The notes under the pieces were generated by a model. It was not told the DNA's origin, searched no databases, and saw only the letters and a list, made by a program, of their open reading frames with translations. Source: a virus (taxonomy: Duplodnaviria; Caudoviricetes). Taken from it: a DNA stretch of 64,000 nt. Positions 38,783 to 48,010 of the stretch are shown here, in pieces; the stretch's first letter is position 1, and each line of letters opens with the position of its first letter. The stretch is from positions 234,604-298,603 of the IMG/VR virus record IMGVR_UViG_3300037467_003067. One strand, 5' to 3'. A program made the translations under genes and the position numbers.

Positions 38783-39408
38783 TGCCACAGGATGATTTTG
38801 AGACCAACACCGGAGAGATCGGGAAGAAGATGACCAAGAAGGTTGTTTATGATCCTTGGCCACCTTTGCCTCCAAAATCTGCTTACTATTTCTCTGCCCC
38901 CCTCGATAGCTGGACAGACAAGGGCGGCTACAAAAGGGAATATAAAAATCTATATGGTGCTGATGTCATACAGACCCCGGTGGTCGCAGATCCGAACTGT
39001 GCCGAAGCAGCCATCCCCGATCAGGAGATGAGTCCGATCGAGCAAGAAAATGCGGACCTCAAGAGGCAGTTGTCAGACCTCCAGGACGCATTCACCGAGA
39101 GTCAGCGATGTGTCGCTGAAGTGACCGACAAGTATGACCGACTCCGAGCCGACTACCAATCGGTAGGAACCTGGGACTATGTCCGCAGGCTCGAAATGGC
39201 TCGTGCCAGGATCGAGGAACTCGAAAGGCAACTTGAAGGACAGAAGAAGCCGTCCGAAGGACAATTGCTGACAAGCATTCCTGCCGGGAAATCAGCGACC
39301 GCTGTCGGCAATACAGGTTATGCTCCTTATACCGGGGGTTATTACACCCTGAGTTCTTGGGACTCTGGCAGCGTCATGCTCGGCGGGTGTGCGGCGTCCT
39401 CGAATTAG
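38782..39408 (+). CDS. Coiled-coil hypothetical protein
   Basis: Heptad-rich centre. Confidence 0.6.
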   Translation: MPQDDFETNTGEIGKKMTKKVVYDPWPPLPPKSAYYFSAPLDSWTDKGGYKREYKNLYGADVIQTPVVADPNCAEAAIPDQEMSPIEQENADLKRQLSDLQDAFTESQRCVAEVTDKYDRLRADYQSVGTWDYVRRLEMARARIEELERQLEGQKKPSEGQLLTSIPAGKSATAVGNTGYAPYTGGYYTLSSWDSGSVMLGGCAASSN

Positions 39409-39683
39409 CCTTTTCCGAAGAAGTCCTTGTCGTATTCGATGAGGACTTTTCCATTCCCTTTGGTTGGTTCGCCCGTGATGGGGTCAACAACTCTAAATCG
39501 CGTTTGTTTAATGTTTTCTGCGATCCCTAATTTTTCCCAGAGACAGGGATCTTGGGGGTCGACCGGGACATCGCGGATCACCTCTCCCTCGATCAGCAAT
39601 CGCACCTGGCACGTGCTGCTGGGACCGTCATATAATTGACAAAACTTACAAATATGTTTTGGCTCTTTGTTTTTCCGTTTCAT
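39405..39683 (-). CDS. Hypothetical Cys-containing protein
   Basis: CKFC..Y....C...C. Confidence 0.6.
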   Translation of the reverse strand: MKRKNKEPKHICKFCQLYDGPSSTCQVRLLIEGEVIRDVPVDPQDPCLWEKLGIAENIKQTRFRVVDPITGEPTKGNGKVLIEYDKDFFGKG

Positions 39684-39704
39684 AATATAAATTAGTTTAA
39701 TTTT

Positions 39705-40514
39705 ATGAGTAATACAAAAAAAGATTTAACTTGTATCGGGGCATGTGGTCAACGGCGGGCAGGTAAGAACGTCCTGGCGGATTACCTGTGCGGCAAGCTC
39801 GTCAAGAGAATTCCCGTGCCTGCCCACGGCGGCGGCGTCTACAACAAGACGGTGTGGGGTCAGCGATCTTTCGCCGCTCCCGTCAAGCAGATATTCTGCG
39901 AGACCTTCCAGAAGGACCTGGATTTTGTTGAAGAATGGAAGGTCAAGGATGAGGTCCCGGAAGGCATGGCGATGCCGGTTCGGCAAGCCCTGACTTTCAT
40001 CGGCGACGGGTTCCGCAAGATACAACCCGACATCTGGATCGAACTGGCGTTCCGTCCCGAGAATGATCCTGATAGCAGCATCTTCACTGATGTTCGCTAC
40101 ATCAACGAAGCCAGGAAGATCAAGATCATGGGCGGCATGACCATTTTGGTCTACCGAGAAGGTCACATGAATTGGGACGACAACGGCTCCGAAGCACAGA
40201 TTCGCCCCTACATCATGTGGTGTATCGAGAAGAATCGGGAAGGTCACATCGCGTCCTGGGAAGAGTTCCAGAATCGGGACCTTAGTTTTAAGACCGATAA
40301 AGACTTCGAAGCATTCTTCAATTCCTTGCCCGAAGAGATGCGGTCGAACGGCAATCAGCACCTCAAGGATATGTTCTTTGAGAATCTCGGACAATTCGAC
40401 CTGTTCATTCGCGCCCACGACGGCGTTGAAAATATCTATCACAAGGCAGACCAAGTCGTCATGCCCTATATCAGGGACAACTATACCGTTGAGGAGATTA
40501 TTTTAAATGGCTAA
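39705..40514 (+). CDS. Deoxynucleoside monophosphate kinase (T4 gp1-like)
   Basis: GQRRAGKN, SFAAPVK, RQAL..IG..FR, IFTDVRYINE. Confidence 0.85.
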   Translation: MSNTKKDLTCIGACGQRRAGKNVLADYLCGKLVKRIPVPAHGGGVYNKTVWGQRSFAAPVKQIFCETFQKDLDFVEEWKVKDEVPEGMAMPVRQALTFIGDGFRKIQPDIWIELAFRPENDPDSSIFTDVRYINEARKIKIMGGMTILVYREGHMNWDDNGSEAQIRPYIMWCIEKNREGHIASWEEFQNRDLSFKTDKDFEAFFNSLPEEMRSNGNQHLKDMFFENLGQFDLFIRAHDGVENIYHKADQVVMPYIRDNYTVEEIILNG

Positions 40515-40875
40515 GATTGCGATCGAAGACATGCATTTCGTCCCCAAGGCGTGGGGCTTCGAGCGGTGGATATGCAACAGCGACAAGTATTGCGGCAAGT
40601 TGCTCCACATCAACTCGGGACATTTTTCAAGCTGGCATAAGCATAACATCAAGGACGAACACATGGTCGTCCAGAGTGGCATTCTGGAGATCCTGTACGG
40701 AGACGACGACGATATCGACAAAGCGACCAGTGTCCTGGTCCATCCTGGTCAAGCCTTCCACATCCCGGTTGGGCTGAGACACCGCCTCAAGGCGACGTAC
40801 GGCGACGTGGAGTTTCTAGAAGTGTCTACGACCCATTACGATTCGGATTCGATCCGCGTGATTCCGGGACAGTAA
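40507..40875 (+). CDS. Cupin domain protein (sugar-isomerase-like)
   Basis: VPKAWGFE, YCGKLL, SWHKH..KDE, RHRL, EVST. Confidence 0.8.
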   Translation: MAKIAIEDMHFVPKAWGFERWICNSDKYCGKLLHINSGHFSSWHKHNIKDEHMVVQSGILEILYGDDDDIDKATSVLVHPGQAFHIPVGLRHRLKATYGDVEFLEVSTTHYDSDSIRVIPGQ

Positions 40876-40884
40876 GTCGAGAGA

Positions 40885-41574
40885 TTATTGTTTGATCCAA
40901 CGATTATGGTCAAACACTTCGATGTCTCGGATTTGAAGCGATTTTTCGCCGACGTATTTTATGGCAATTCCTGGTCGGAGGTTGTCGAAGAAGATGACCT
41001 TGAAGTCGTGAACAACTTGGGGGTTTCTTTTCGCCAAGCCTTGCATCAGTTGCGAGAAGAGTTCCCCATCGGCAGCACTCCCTCCATCGGGGCTGATGGC
41101 TCGCCCGGTTCGTCCCCCACTTCCTCTTTGGAACATAATCCCCGAAACCCTTTGGCTGAGACCGGTGACGGAGAACGTATCGCCATTAGCCGGGACCGTC
41201 ATTCCCTCGAATTTATCGATGTGGTCTCGGATGAATTGGATGACTGCGTTGCGGTTCATCTCATAATCGATGTCCCAATCTTCGGGATGGAGGAAGCCCA
41301 ACACGGAGACGACCATCGGCTCGCCCGAGGTTTCGGCACCGGTTGCGAAATTAGCCACATCGGCATCCATTAGTCTCAACGCATGGTGTCTGGCTGAGTT
41401 CCGGTCGGCGAAGACGTAGAAGCCGTGTCCTTGACCGTAGCCGGTCGCTCGTTTCGGATCGATGCCGGTACGAAACGAGCGGATGTTGGCACCGTTGATT
41501 CCCGTGTTGGAGCCGTGGTAAAGTTCTCGAATGCTTACAACTTCATTCAAGATAAAATCTTTGAATCTTAGCAT
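40885..41574 (-). CDS. ADP-ribosyltransferase-like fold protein with capsid-targeting-like N-terminus
   Basis: MLRFKDFILNE; LYHGSN...GQGHGFYV...A..HA. Confidence 0.55.
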   Translation of the reverse strand: MLRFKDFILNEVVSIRELYHGSNTGINGANIRSFRTGIDPKRATGYGQGHGFYVFADRNSARHHALRLMDADVANFATGAETSGEPMVVSVLGFLHPEDWDIDYEMNRNAVIQFIRDHIDKFEGMTVPANGDTFSVTGLSQRVSGIMFQRGSGGRTGRAISPDGGSAADGELFSQLMQGLAKRNPQVVHDFKVIFFDNLRPGIAIKYVGEKSLQIRDIEVFDHNRWIKQ

Positions 41575-42236
41575 TATTGCCTTTTAATTTGTCTCTTTAG
41601 TTTACCAAATCCGACTTCGGTCAGGACCATGAATTCCCAGCCCCGATTCTGACAGTAGGTGTTGGCTGCAGTCCACTTGGCTTCATTGACCGGCAACGCT
41701 GTCTGGGTTGCCGGTTTGATCTCCCAGATTTCCTTGTGACCGTCGGCGAAAAGGATGCTCAGGTCGGGACGATACCTCTTGGACTTGCCATTAAACAGGT
41801 AGGGGATTTCTAGGGGTTCTGCATCATACGTTACGACATCGGGCAGAGCCTCCAGGACTTCGTAGACCTCGGCTTCGAACCCGCTGCGATAATACAACTC
41901 TTTTCCATTCATCTTGTTGGAGATAAAGGTCCCTTTGCGAAACTTGACGCCGGTCGATCTTTTCTTGCCCCTGCTGCTGAAGTCGTTCCATACCGTGGTC
42001 TTGTGCTGGATTCCCTTGGGGACTTCCCAACCCGGATGCTTGGCTTTGTAGTGCATCTTGATGTCTCGGACAGGACCCTGGCATTTCGGGCAAGTCAAAT
42101 ATTCTCGCCCTTCCTCGTGGGATTCGATGATGTGCGACTTGAATTCGTCGTATTCCTTGAATTCCTGACCACACACGAAGCAAGACCACCTACGTTTACC
42201 CCGCGATTCCTGGTCGTCGTTGAAAGGCAGTGTCAT
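41574..42236 (-). CDS. TnsA-like / T4 gp4-like head-completion nuclease with N-terminal C2H2 fingers
   Basis: CFVC..H...H, CPKC..H...H; YRSGFE..EP..IPY..YRPD..EIKP..KWTAA..YC..GWEF.VLTE. Confidence 0.8.
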   Translation of the reverse strand: MTLPFNDDQESRGKRRWSCFVCGQEFKEYDEFKSHIIESHEEGREYLTCPKCQGPVRDIKMHYKAKHPGWEVPKGIQHKTTVWNDFSSRGKKRSTGVKFRKGTFISNKMNGKELYYRSGFEAEVYEVLEALPDVVTYDAEPLEIPYLFNGKSKRYRPDLSILFADGHKEIWEIKPATQTALPVNEAKWTAANTYCQNRGWEFMVLTEVGFGKLKRQIKRQ

Positions 42237-42237
42237 A

Positions 42238-42618
42238 TCAGTCGTCCTCTTTCGCTTTCTTTCCTAGTTTCTCGGCGGCGGTTTCTTTATCGATAACATG
42301 AATTTTGCCGACATCCTTGATGCCGAAGATCCGCTGCGTCCCCTGACCTTCGATGATCTTGTCCAGGTTCACGGCGATGAAGTTTGCCTCTTCCTTGGCT
42401 TTTCCGACCATGTCCTCGTCGGGATGCTTCAGCTTGGCGAAGACGATCCGGCTGTCTTCGGGCGCGCCGTAGACCGACTTCTCGAATTCGAAGAAGAAGA
42501 CGAATTCGCCAGTCCGGTCGAGAAGCTGGTGAACCTTGCTGATCTGTTCTCGCTCTTCGCACACCAAATCCCATTTGTCCATTAATGATCGGAAGCTTGA
42601 GAATCCTAGTGATTCCAT
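42238..42618 (-). CDS. Hypothetical protein
   Basis: GAGGGA RBS before MESLGFSSF. Confidence 0.7.
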   Translation of the reverse strand: MESLGFSSFRSLMDKWDLVCEEREQISKVHQLLDRTGEFVFFFEFEKSVYGAPEDSRIVFAKLKHPDEDMVGKAKEEANFIAVNLDKIIEGQGTQRIFGIKDVGKIHVIDKETAAEKLGKKAKEDD

Positions 42619-42661
42619 ATGTCCCTCTCTCATAAAGTGATTGCTGCTAATATATAGAGTT

Positions 42662-43117
42662 ATGGCAACAAACATGTCTGGGTTTAAGAAGTTCTTTGAG
42701 GATGCCTGGGGCGGCTCGACACCTCCCGACCAGAAGGCTTTCGGTCACGGCAAGGATGGTGCCATGGACTCGCTCAGCGTCCAGTCGATGGAACTCGATG
42801 TCCCCGAGAAGTCGTTCGATTCGATCCCGTTCGTGGGGGCGAACTATCAACTCGGCAAGAGCAAGATACTGGGGGGGTTATCCTCCTGGACCGTGGTCAA
42901 TATTGGTCCCAAGACGGTGACCCTGGAGTTAAGGGATGAGGGCAGCAAGCGGTTTATCAGAGCCAAGAGCGGCGCACTCTACAACGACCCGTCGAAGCCC
43001 GACACTCCGAAACGAATCACGGTGCCGAGGGCATACTACATGCGGATGCTCGACGACCAATATGGCGGGGCGGCGGGAGCGATGGCGGGTCCTCCAGGCG
43101 GCTTGCCCCCGATGTAA
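42662..43117 (+). CDS. Hypothetical protein with capsid-targeting-like N-terminus
   Basis: MSGFKKFFEDAW; AATATATA upstream. Confidence 0.7.
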   Translation: MATNMSGFKKFFEDAWGGSTPPDQKAFGHGKDGAMDSLSVQSMELDVPEKSFDSIPFVGANYQLGKSKILGGLSSWTVVNIGPKTVTLELRDEGSKRFIRAKSGALYNDPSKPDTPKRITVPRAYYMRMLDDQYGGAAGAMAGPPGGLPPM

Positions 43118-43144
43118 CCAATAGAGTAGGTGAATACAGTGAAT

Positions 43145-43339
43145 ATGGAATTCAAAAAGTGGCTTAATCTTCAGGAAATTGGAACAACAACTGGCAGTAT
43201 CGCCGTCTTCTCCCGGCAAGTCATGCCGATCGTCACCCGAATTTGGCCGACTTGGGGAGGCAGCATCCTCAATGATGAGGAAGAGAAACCGAAACCGAAG
43301 CATAAGAAGAAAAACAAAAAGAAGTCTAAGAAGAAGTGA
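43145..43339 (+). CDS. Small protein, capsid-targeting-like N-terminus and Lys-rich tail
   Basis: MEFKKWLNLQE...KHKKKNKKKSKKK. Confidence 0.7.
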   Translation: MEFKKWLNLQEIGTTTGSIAVFSRQVMPIVTRIWPTWGGSILNDEEEKPKPKHKKKNKKKSKKK

Positions 43340-43857
43340 AATATTCGATCTTTTTAGATCTGGATAATACGTTGGTGCGATCTTATCCCCAAGGTTCGCT
43401 CCCTTGGAGATTGATGGACCGAGCATGTCCTACCTACAAGGACCAATTAACTGTTCTCAGACCAAAAACCAGGCAATTCCTGAGCCGGTTGAGTAAGATA
43501 TGCGATCTTTACTTGTTCACTGCGGCTGAATGTGAGTATGCCACGGCTGTCCTTTCCGTATTCGGCATCGATCGTTACTTTCTAGAGGTCTACTCGGGAC
43601 AAAAAGAAAGACCTAATTCCATCAAGCAGGAATTAGGTCTTTCTGATTCTTGGATTTTGGTGGACGACAGCCACAGTTCGAACAACCTGACCCGGCACAA
43701 ACTCTCCTGTCTAGGGAGCCAAAACATTCCTCTCAAGAAGTGTTTTTTACATGCTAAATCCTATAATCCTCGCCAAGAAGATAAAAATGACCTGAGGTTG
43801 CTATACCTCCAGATACGGAGTCGGATCGCGATGAACATCAAACATCTTCATCTTTGA
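43336..43857 (+). CDS. HAD phosphatase, FCP1/SCP (NIF)-like
   Basis: FLDLDNTLV (DxDxT), LRP...FL, YLFTA...YA..VL, ILVDD. Confidence 0.75.
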   Translation: MKYSIFLDLDNTLVRSYPQGSLPWRLMDRACPTYKDQLTVLRPKTRQFLSRLSKICDLYLFTAAECEYATAVLSVFGIDRYFLEVYSGQKERPNSIKQELGLSDSWILVDDSHSSNNLTRHKLSCLGSQNIPLKKCFLHAKSYNPRQEDKNDLRLLYLQIRSRIAMNIKHLHL

Positions 43858-44023
43858 TTTTTATATGGTAGATATAGTTTTTCATGCCGTTATCCCGGAG
43901 ATATTCGTAGAAAGACTGGAGCATCTCCTGGGCTTCAGCGGGGTCGGTCGTGTACCATTTCCCCAATTTGGGGAGGGCAAGATGCTTGTTGGTAGCATCA
44001 TTGAATAAAGTGTAGATTTTCAC
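43838..44023 (-). CDS. Small hypothetical protein
   Basis: 61-aa ORF in - strand run. Confidence 0.55.
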   Translation of the reverse strand: MKIYTLFNDATNKHLALPKLGKWYTTDPAEAQEMLQSFYEYLRDNGMKNYIYHIKIKDEDV

Positions 44024-44314
44024 TTATTTACTCTGGAAAGGGTTCGGCAGGTATTTCGGGGTCTTCGCGGTCGGGTTGTGTATCTTGGAGATGGTCTTGT
44101 AATCTGGGCCACCGATGTCGATGCCTTTGAAGGTCTGACCGGCTGGATTGGTAGTGGGCGTCTTCGAGAGGTTGGCTGGGTTGACCGGAGCCGCGATGCC
44201 GCCACCACGGCGTGCTGCCTTGGCTGACCCCGTGACCGCACCGAGACGACGCTTCTTGTAGCGTTGCCAGTTGTAGGCTTCATTCTGGTCCAGCCATTCC
44301 TTGAATTCCATCAC
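44024..44314 (-). CDS. Small basic protein, capsid-targeting-like N-terminus
   Basis: MMEFKEWLDQNEA. Confidence 0.7.
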   Translation of the reverse strand: MMEFKEWLDQNEAYNWQRYKKRRLGAVTGSAKAARRGGGIAAPVNPANLSKTPTTNPAGQTFKGIDIGGPDYKTISKIHNPTAKTPKYLPNPFQSK

Positions 44315-44607
44315 TTCTTCTTCATCCCTTTCCTCATCATCTTCGGCTGAGGCTGTCCTGGGTTCTGAGGATTCAGTGCCTTGATTGCGTTGCCAGGCGT
44401 CACCTTGCCCGTGAGGACCGTCTTCTTGGCAGCCTGGTTCAGGAGTTGGTCGGCATTCAATGACTGGCTCTGGGGAGCGGTCGACATGCTCTGGGCGGTA
44501 TTCAGGATCGCCTTATTGGTCATGAGGATATTAGGGTCCATATTCGGCTGGACGATGCCAGCCTCGGAGAGCCGCAGATATTCCTTGAAGCTTATTTTAT
44601 TTTTCAT
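44311..44607 (-). CDS. Small protein, capsid-targeting-like N-terminus
   Basis: MKNKISFKEYLRLSEA; exact TATAAATA 5 nt upstream of the start codon. Confidence 0.7.
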   Translation of the reverse strand: MKNKISFKEYLRLSEAGIVQPNMDPNILMTNKAILNTAQSMSTAPQSQSLNADQLLNQAAKKTVLTGKVTPGNAIKALNPQNPGQPQPKMMRKGMKKK

Positions 44608-44612
44608 AAGCT

Positions 44613-44620
44613 TATTTATA
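44613..44620 (-). promoter_or_regulatory. T4-type late promoter TATAAATA
   Basis: Exact match to the T4 late consensus just upstream of 44607. Confidence 0.5.
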
Positions 44621-44927
44621 GCGATCGACCATTTTCTTCGTATTTGGATTTGTATTCGTTGTGTTCCCAATAATAGACAATCGGGACTGCCCGGCTGGTC
44701 TTGTACTTGCCCTCGATGACGATTTCTCCCGAATGGACCAAACGATGACAGGTTGCACACAGGGTGATCGAATTCATTGGGGTGTACTTGCCGCCCTCGG
44801 CACCGGGGACGATGCGGTGGACATCCAGCACGTTGTAGTTGGATTCTCCGCAGAACAGGCACTTGCCGGTAACTCGCTTTTTGACTTCTTGGAAAGATGG
44901 TCTTTTGGATTTAGTTTCTCGACACAT
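44616..44927 (-). CDS. Small HNH endonuclease
   Basis: CLFCG...LDVHRI.P...GG...N...LCATCHRLVH. Confidence 0.8.
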   Translation of the reverse strand: MCRETKSKRPSFQEVKKRVTGKCLFCGESNYNVLDVHRIVPGAEGGKYTPMNSITLCATCHRLVHSGEIVIEGKYKTSRAVPIVYYWEHNEYKSKYEENGRSL

Positions 44928-44987
44928 AAAAATAGATACGGCTAAAGTATATAACAAGTATCTATTATAACATGTCAAGGGGGAAAC

Positions 44988-45149
44988 ATGAAGAATTTTT
45001 TCAAGTCAGTCAAGGATTTTTTCGCAAATCTTTTCAAGAGCGAATGTTGCCTGGATTGTGACTGTTTCTGCGACCACTGCATCGACCATTGTTGTATCTG
45101 TTCTAAGGGCTTTACTGTTTGCTGCGACGATTGCGAGTGCTGCAACTAA
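44988..45149 (+). CDS. 53-aa Cys-rich, metallothionein-like protein (not in ORF track)
   Basis: MKNFFKSVKDFFANLFKSECCLDCDCFCDHCIDHCCICSKGFTVCCDDCECCN; AAGGGGG RBS. Confidence 0.7.
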   Translation: MKNFFKSVKDFFANLFKSECCLDCDCFCDHCIDHCCICSKGFTVCCDDCECCN

Positions 45150-45163
45150 GGAGAAAGTAAGGT

Positions 45164-45484
45164 ATGCGGAGCTTCCAGGAATTCGTTCAGAATCATGAAA
45201 GTAAGCGTGGTCATTTCATGGACTATTGGCGGTCGCTCCGCAATACCGACCCCCTTTACATGGACCCTATCTCCAAAGGTCATGTTGGTCATACCAAGGG
45301 CGAAGATACGATTCGCCTCACCGGCAGTCCCAAGTTTATCGCCTCAATCGTCAGCCGCCTCAAGGAACTGATGATTTACGAGAATGATCGAACCAAGCTC
45401 GACATCAGTTACAAAGAATCCACCTATACCAAGGAAAATGGGCAGAGGAGCTACATCCTTTACCTCAAGTTGAGGGAACGTTGA
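45164..45484 (+). CDS. Hypothetical protein, capsid-targeting-like N-terminus
   Basis: MRSFQEFVQNHE; AAGGAG RBS. Confidence 0.7.
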   Translation: MRSFQEFVQNHESKRGHFMDYWRSLRNTDPLYMDPISKGHVGHTKGEDTIRLTGSPKFIASIVSRLKELMIYENDRTKLDISYKESTYTKENGQRSYILYLKLRER

Positions 45485-46886
45485 AATTACACTTCTCGAT
45501 AATTTTGGTCGTGGATTGGTCAGATTGGTAATCATAAATGAAGACTTCTTCAACCAAATCATGCCCCACAACTTCCTCCTTGCGGTAATCTCCGCCCTTC
45601 ACGATATAATCGGGCTTGATTGTCTTGATGATTTCCAGGGGCGTGTCTTCGTAGAACGCACAGACGAAATCGACGCAATCCAGTGCGGCGACGATCTCGA
45701 TTCGCTGTTTCAAGGGGACGATCGGTCTCGATTCGCCCTTGAGTCGTCGCACGCTCGCATCACTGTTCAGAGCCACGACCAATTTGTCGCCCCTGGACTT
45801 GGCGAATTGGAGCATCTTGACGTGATTAGCATGTAGGATGTCGAAGCATCCATTGGTAAAGACCAACTTGCCCTCACCCCTCTCTGGCATCATGTACTTG
45901 GCTTTGTAAGGGTCCTCGGTCCTCATCAGGTCGTAGAGCGAGATGGGGTGATTGTGGATATTGTCTACGTAGGACGCCGCTGCCTTGAAGGCGATCTCGG
46001 CACATTCGCAAATGTTGAATTTGTGGGCAAATGCCAACGCAAGGAAGGCGCAGAAGCAGTCGCCTGCGCCGATGACGCTTCGCGGGATCTTCTTCGTAGG
46101 GTTGACATATTCGAAGAAATCACCGGCAATGCCGTCCCATCCGACCACGCCCTTGCCGCTCTGGGTGATGACTACGCTCTGGCATTGGAGGATGTTTAGA
46201 AAATAGATAGCTTGATCCTTCCAATTCGACAAACTGCTCAGCTTCGCGGCTTCCTGGGAGTTGGGCTTGAAGATCGTACAACCCTTCCATTTCTCTATCG
46301 GACCATTCTTTGGGTCGATGATGGTCGGAATCCCCAATTGGGTCCATTCTTCGCTGTTCTCCTTGAAGAAACCCTTGTCGTAGTCGGAGAGGATCAGATA
46401 GTCATTACTCAGGTCTTTTGTCGTGGCAGAGATCTCTGTTTTGCAGTCATTGATGAATTTGTTTCTTATACTTTGTAATGCGAACTCGTGAAGTCCGTAA
46501 TTTTCCTGCTCGATGTCGTGGCGACAGAAGGGAGAATCGCCATCGTAGTACCTTCGCTTGATTGGGATGCGAATGTCTGTGTATTTGGCACAGGGGTCGG
46601 TATTGATGTTGTACTGGTTGAGGGTTTTCTCGACTTCGAAATTGAGCAAGGTATTGAGGGCGGCATCGACGTTGAGGTGCTTGAATTGGTAGCAGACATT
46701 GGCAGCCCCACCGGGCAGCGTCTTGGTAGGCTTGGTATTGCTCGACTTCATGACCGGGATCGGGAATTCCGGCGAGATCCTCTCTACGGAAATGTCGAAA
46801 TATTGGTCAAGCATTGCATCTCCTACCACGGTGATACGGGGGCGATTCTTTTCACATTTTCCGATGAATCTTTCAATTAAACTCAT
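45465..46886 (-). CDS. hldE: Bifunctional heptose-7-phosphate kinase / heptose-1-phosphate adenylyltransferase
   Basis: VVGDAMLD, RISPE.P.PV, GGAANV, LSDYDKG, KPN..E, GAGD; FTNGCFDILH, LNSDASVRRLKG.SRP, VKGGDY, STT. Confidence 0.92.
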   Translation of the reverse strand: MSLIERFIGKCEKNRPRITVVGDAMLDQYFDISVERISPEFPIPVMKSSNTKPTKTLPGGAANVCYQFKHLNVDAALNTLLNFEVEKTLNQYNINTDPCAKYTDIRIPIKRRYYDGDSPFCRHDIEQENYGLHEFALQSIRNKFINDCKTEISATTKDLSNDYLILSDYDKGFFKENSEEWTQLGIPTIIDPKNGPIEKWKGCTIFKPNSQEAAKLSSLSNWKDQAIYFLNILQCQSVVITQSGKGVVGWDGIAGDFFEYVNPTKKIPRSVIGAGDCFCAFLALAFAHKFNICECAEIAFKAAASYVDNIHNHPISLYDLMRTEDPYKAKYMMPERGEGKLVFTNGCFDILHANHVKMLQFAKSRGDKLVVALNSDASVRRLKGESRPIVPLKQRIEIVAALDCVDFVCAFYEDTPLEIIKTIKPDYIVKGGDYRKEEVVGHDLVEEVFIYDYQSDQSTTKIIEKCNFNVPST

Positions 46887-48010
46887 TTGGTCTTTCCTTC
46901 AAGATCGGTCTTGATTCTCGTAAAGACGCTTGACCAATCGCCAAGCGTGTCCTGGCGATAGAGCCGGACCGTATCGTACCACGGGGTCGTCTCTCCCTCG
47001 CCTCCCCATCTCCACTCGCCGAAGTAAGAGAGTATTCCCCACGTTTCTCTTCTTAAGGACCCCGCCAAATGTAATATAGCTGTGTCGACCGATATGACCA
47101 GATCGGCTCCGAGAATATAGCAGGCAGTGTCGGTGAAGTCCTTGATCTCCATGGACCAGTCGAAAAAGTGAGGAGTACGCATTCCCCACTTGTCATTGCT
47201 GGGATGGAGTAGGTGGAGATTGACTCCGGGAACCGATAGATATTCAAACAGACTCAGCGGGCAAGACCTGTAGAAATCGTTCCGGTGTGCCGGGCATCCC
47301 GAATTACACACGATGATGTTGAACCCGTTCGGCAAGATTTTCTTGCCAATTCGGTCGAGACAAATCTCCAACGGGACCGATATTCCAGGGTCGTCCATGC
47401 CTAATAGATACGGCAGGCTCATGAGTGAGGCGAAATAATCGAACCTGGGGAGGCTCACACGCCCTTCGGGATCGCCGACGATGATTTGGTCGATATCGAG
47501 CCGGGAAGCCATCAGAACGTCGCGTAGGGGCTTGTAGGCGATGAGGATGATGTAGCACCGGTATTTCTGCTTAATACACTTCAGGTAGCGGGCGAATTGG
47601 ATGGTGTCGCCGCTGCCTTGCTCGCAATGGATTAGTATGGCTTTGCCGTCGAGGCTGGTCCCCTTGGTCCATAACTTCCGGATTCCGAATTGCTTGATAT
47701 AGAAGCCAAGGGGCGTGAAGAGGTGGAATCGTTGCTCGAATCGCTCCCATGCTTCCTGGTATTCCCGGCGATAGAAGTTGAGGTAGCAATATTCGAAATC
47801 GGCAAGTAGAAAATTGGGATCGAGGGCGAGTGCCTGGTCGAAATATTTCTGAGATTGGTCGAAGTCTTTGGTGTAGAGATAGAGACTCGCCAGACGGGTC
47901 AAATTTCTTGGGGTGGGATGTTGTGCAATAGAAGCGAGTGCAAGGTCGATTGTTTTATCGACCTTGCACTCGTGAAAGGCGTGGCGGGGATTACCCGATA
48001 ACGTAGTCAT
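46883..48010 (-). CDS. TPR-containing glycosyltransferase family 9-like protein
   Basis: TPR helices, EQGSGDTIQFARY, LMSLP, DF.DTA..I...DLVISVDTA.LHLAGSL, WRW....TPWY. Confidence 0.85.
   Translation of the reverse strand: MTTLSGNPRHAFHECKVDKTIDLALASIAQHPTPRNLTRLASLYLYTKDFDQSQKYFDQALALDPNFLLADFEYCYLNFYRREYQEAWERFEQRFHLFTPLGFYIKQFGIRKLWTKGTSLDGKAILIHCEQGSGDTIQFARYLKCIKQKYRCYIILIAYKPLRDVLMASRLDIDQIIVGDPEGRVSLPRFDYFASLMSLPYLLGMDDPGISVPLEICLDRIGKKILPNGFNIIVCNSGCPAHRNDFYRSCPLSLFEYLSVPGVNLHLLHPSNDKWGMRTPHFFDWSMEIKDFTDTACYILGADLVISVDTAILHLAGSLRRETWGILSYFGEWRWGGEGETTPWYDTVRLYRQDTLGDWSSVFTRIKTDLEGKTK

Noticed and set aside
41574-42236. TnsA domain as a sign of a Tn7-like transposon
   Set aside because: No tnsB/C/D or terminal repeats; fits the stand-alone phage gp4-like nuclease family
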